Positions 61,369 through 64,000 of a DNA stretch of 64,000 nucleotides are shown here, piece after piece. The position numbers and the translations under genes are program-made. Positions within the stretch are counted from its first letter, which is position 1; the number at the start of each line of letters is the position of its first letter. The notes under the pieces are model-generated. The model ran no database searches. It saw only the letters and a program-made list of their open reading frames with translations, and was not told the DNA's origin. This DNA is from Verrucomicrobiota bacterium. GTDB lineage: Bacteria > Verrucomicrobiota > Verrucomicrobiia > Limisphaerales > SXTU01. The DNA lies in NCBI GenBank assembly GCA_039796295.1, contig JBDKJY010000034.1:4325-68324 (forward strand), in the 5' to 3' direction.

Positions 61369-63225
61369 TTATTGGGGAGTCGCCATTTTCCGCAAGCGCT
61401 CGGCCTCCGCCTCGTGCTGGCGGGCTTCGGCGGGCTTCCCTTGCTTGGTGAGCACTTCCGCCAACTGCGCATGCGCGTCGGCGAGTTGGGGGTTGAGTTG
61501 CAGGGCGCGGGTGAAGCTTTCCACGGCGCGGATCAGGTCGCCTTTGCCGGCGAGCGTGAGGCCGTAATTCAAGTGCGTGTCGGCGCTGTCGGGCTTGAGG
61601 CCGAGGGCCGCGTCGAACTGCGCGAAGGCGGCTTCAAACTTCCCCTGTCGTGCGAGAGCGATCCCGTAGTTGTTACGCGCGGCTAGGTGGCGGGGAGCCA
61701 CGGCTACAGCTTTGGCGTAAGCGGCCTCGGCCTCGGCCCAGCGGCCTTCGCGGGCCAGGACGTTCCCGAAGTTGAAAGGCAGTTGCACGAAGGTGGTGTC
61801 GGGGTTGATGGCCAGCGCTTCGCGGTAGTTGGCTTCGGCCTTGGGGTCGTTGCCCGCGTCGGCGTGGGCGTTGCCGAGTTTGAGCAGGGCGACAGACCGC
61901 AGGTGGCCGCCGGGCGGCATGCGTTGAAGCAGTTCAGTGAAGAACACGAAGTCGTTTTCCCAGATGCGGGATTGGCGGTGGCTGGCGATGACGCAGAGCG
62001 CGGCCAAGATGCCGGCCACCGCCAGTGCGGGCCGTCGCCACGGACGGTCGCGCCCGTGCCAGAGCAGCGCAGCCGCAGCCACCGCGAGCAGCACGCCGTT
62101 CACGATGGAATAGCGGTCGTGCGGATAGTGCGGGCGCTCCGTGAGGCCGAGCATCGGCACGAGCAGCCCGAGATGCGCGAGCCACAGCGCGAGCGCCGCC
62201 GGCCAATGCCGCCAGCGCATCAGCAGGAGTGCGGTTACGCCCAGCACGGCGAGGGCGCTGGCGGTGAACGCGGGGGCGAAGGGGCGGTTGCCCAGCAGCG
62301 TGGTGTAGAAGGGGCCGAGGTCCAGCGGCAGAAGGGATTTCCAGACGTAGTAAGCCCACAGGTAGAACGCCTGCATCGCGCGTTCCACCAGGGTGAACTC
62401 CCCGAGGTTCGTCGGCTTGGACCAATCGCCGGTGACGAAGAAGCGGCCATAGACCGTGCCGGCCACGAGGACGACGGACAGCAGGAGGAAGGGAACTTTC
62501 TCCAGCCAAACCTTCCGAGCGGCAGCATCCACAAGGCTCGCGGAATCGCCGCGCTGGAACCGCCGCAGCGGGTAGAAATCTAAGGCCACCAGCGCCGCGA
62601 CGTAGCCGAGCACGATGGGATACGACAGCACCGCCAGCGCGAACGCGACGACGGCGAGCCAGTAGTCCCGGCGGCGGACGGAGGGCTCCGCCTCCGACGC
62701 ATGCGAACGCAGGTAGAGCAGCGTTGCCACCAGCGCGAAGCCCAGCGCGAGGTGATACGGCAAGCCCGTCACCCATGCGACCGGCTCGACGCGCAGCGGA
62801 TGCACAGCCCAGAGCAGCGTGCCGAGGGCGGCGCAGGCATCCAGCCAAGTCGCGCTCCCCATTCCGCATTCCGCATTCCGCATTCCGCATTTCAAGAGCC
62901 GTCGCAGCAGGAAGAAGAGCAGCACTGTGTTCGCGCCGTGCAGCAGGACGTTCGCGAGGTGGTAGCCAAACGGGTTCAGCCCGAAGGCTTCATGCACCAG
63001 CGCCCACGCCAGCCAAGAGAGCGGCTTGTAGCGGATGGCTTGCTCGAAGTCGGTGAACATCCAGCGCAGGTTCGCGGCGGTGAGCCCCTGCACCTTCTCG
63101 TTTTCGAAGACGTTGATGTCGTCGTCCCAGCGGAGAAAACCCGACTCCAGCGTGCGGAAGAAGACAGCGAAGACCACTGCGACGAGCACGAGGACAACGG
63201 CCGTGGTGCGGTGGTGCGGGCGCAT
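61369..63225 (-). CDS. Polytopic membrane protein with C-terminal TPR repeats (TMTC/PMT-like glycosyltransferase architecture)
   Basis: N-terminal ..WDDDINVFEN.., about 10 TM, at least 5 TPR. Confidence 0.75.
   Translation of the reverse strand: MRPHHRTTAVVLVLVAVVFAVFFRTLESGFLRWDDDINVFENEKVQGLTAANLRWMFTDFEQAIRYKPLSWLAWALVHEAFGLNPFGYHLANVLLHGANTVLLFFLLRRLLKCGMRNAECGMGSATWLDACAALGTLLWAVHPLRVEPVAWVTGLPYHLALGFALVATLLYLRSHASEAEPSVRRRDYWLAVVAFALAVLSYPIVLGYVAALVALDFYPLRRFQRGDSASLVDAAARKVWLEKVPFLLLSVVLVAGTVYGRFFVTGDWSKPTNLGEFTLVERAMQAFYLWAYYVWKSLLPLDLGPFYTTLLGNRPFAPAFTASALAVLGVTALLLMRWRHWPAALALWLAHLGLLVPMLGLTERPHYPHDRYSIVNGVLLAVAAAALLWHGRDRPWRRPALAVAGILAALCVIASHRQSRIWENDFVFFTELLQRMPPGGHLRSVALLKLGNAHADAGNDPKAEANYREALAINPDTTFVQLPFNFGNVLAREGRWAEAEAAYAKAVAVAPRHLAARNNYGIALARQGKFEAAFAQFDAALGLKPDSADTHLNYGLTLAGKGDLIRAVESFTRALQLNPQLADAHAQLAEVLTKQGKPAEARQHEAEAERLRKMATPQ
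62860..62887. repeat. In-frame heptamer array CATTCCG x4 within the TMTC-like CDS
   Basis: Encodes KCGMRNAECGMGS in a loop between TM helices. Confidence 0.9.
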
Positions 63226-63228
63226 GGC

Positions 63229-64000
63229 TCACTCCCACTCCCACACGTCCGCGTGGGTGAATTGCCCCGTGTTCAGCAGAAACTTCACGCCGAACGCCGC
63301 TTCGTTCACTGAGCCGAGCGCGACGCGGCCGCGCTCAATCGTCAGCGTCGGCCAGCCAGCGGGGCTCGGGTGGTAAAGGTCGTAGTGCGTGCTCAGGACT
63401 TGCTGCTGCACCTCGCGCGGGAACTGCGATAGCCCCGCGTTGTAGTGGTGGCCGTTGCGCTCGACGCTCTTGATGCCCAGCGCGGCGCACACGGCGAGGT
63501 CTTGCAGCAGTGCGACCGGGCCGACATTGCACAGGTCTTCGCCGCTCATCAGGAACGGTCGCGCGGGCGACTGCGTCTGCCGGTGCGCGAGCAGGCAGCG
63601 GTTCGCGATGCCTTTGATGACGCCCTTGCAGTTCTTGTGGCTGGTGCCGTCGTAGCCCAGCGCTAGCGCGGTGGGCACGCTCTCCAGTTCGCCGTCCGAC
63701 TCATCAATGATGAAGGGCGGGCGTTCCGGCCAGTTGGCCAACTCGGCAGCGGCGTCCGGCTGCAAGGCGACGCTGCGATGCAGCGGCTGCTCGACGAACA
63801 GGAGCTTCGTGAGGAACGGCTTCAGCGACTCGTCCGCGCGCAGGGTTTCCCAGAACTGTCGGAACTCGGCGAAGGACTTGAATTGCTCGTTGCCATCCAG
63901 CGTGTAGGCGAAATCCTCGCCACACTCCGCCTGCAAGACGCGCGCGATTTGCCGCAGCCGCTCCGTGTCGTGCGCCGTGTCGCCGTTCACCTTGAGCTTG
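63229..64000 (-). CDS. Enolase-superfamily (mandelate racemase/muconate-lactonising-like) enzyme, C-terminal part; 5' end outside the window
   Basis: ..TLDGNEQF.., ..FIIDESD.. The frame stays open upstream of the GTG at 63990, to the window edge. Confidence 0.6.
   Translation of the reverse strand, partial: KLKVNGDTAHDTERLRQIARVLQAECGEDFAYTLDGNEQFKSFAEFRQFWETLRADESLKPFLTKLLFVEQPLHRSVALQPDAAAELANWPERPPFIIDESDGELESVPTALALGYDGTSHKNCKGVIKGIANRCLLAHRQTQSPARPFLMSGEDLCNVGPVALLQDLAVCAALGIKSVERNGHHYNAGLSQFPREVQQQVLSTHYDLYHPSPAGWPTLTIERGRVALGSVNEAAFGVKFLLNTGQFTHADVWEWE

Overview
High-GC chromosomal window with hallmarks of the PVC superphylum (Verrucomicrobiota or Planctomycetota): a PSCyt1/DUF1549/DUF1553 plus DUF1501 gene pair, an H-X9-DG-type pseudopilin, a 'small basic protein', and several PQQ-like beta-propeller proteins. 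Most of it is ordinary core genome: uvrB, hemA/hemC with a ccsA-like gene, bioD, mtnP, xylB, rmuC, a pseudouridine synthase, a SUI1-family factor, RidA paralogues, a phosphorelay cluster and transporters. The stand-out is a ~14.3 kb element integrated into tRNA-Val(GAC) at 8591-22878. It is bounded by a 46-bp direct repeat of the tRNA 3' half and carries a tyrosine integrase. It also has a ribbon-helix-helix (RHH)/HTH switch region, an SF3-helicase-like replication protein and an orphan Dam methylase. Its tightly coupled late operon has no terminase, portal, HK97-like capsid or tail genes. Instead it encodes a ~224-aa HerA/FtsK-type ATPase, a 314-aa beta-rich capsid candidate, at least seven small tail-anchored membrane proteins and a LamG spike. 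I read this as a candidate tail-less, membrane-containing (PM2/PRD1/P23-77-like) provirus in a PVC host; that reading is inference and needs structural or HMM confirmation. A decayed tandem relic of a related element lies just past attR. A second theme is a set of 7-nt tandem arrays resembling cyanobacterial STRR repeats, plus palindromic REP-like elements, scattered through the window. Several sit in frame inside CDSs or directly against start codons. Other items: a ParE toxin frameshifted in a G6 run, two VapBC-type modules (one inside the provirus), and a multihaem cytochrome coupled to an untracked cytochrome-domain/beta-rich ORF at the left edge. No rRNA or CRISPR was found. All family names come from reading motifs by eye; no searches were run.
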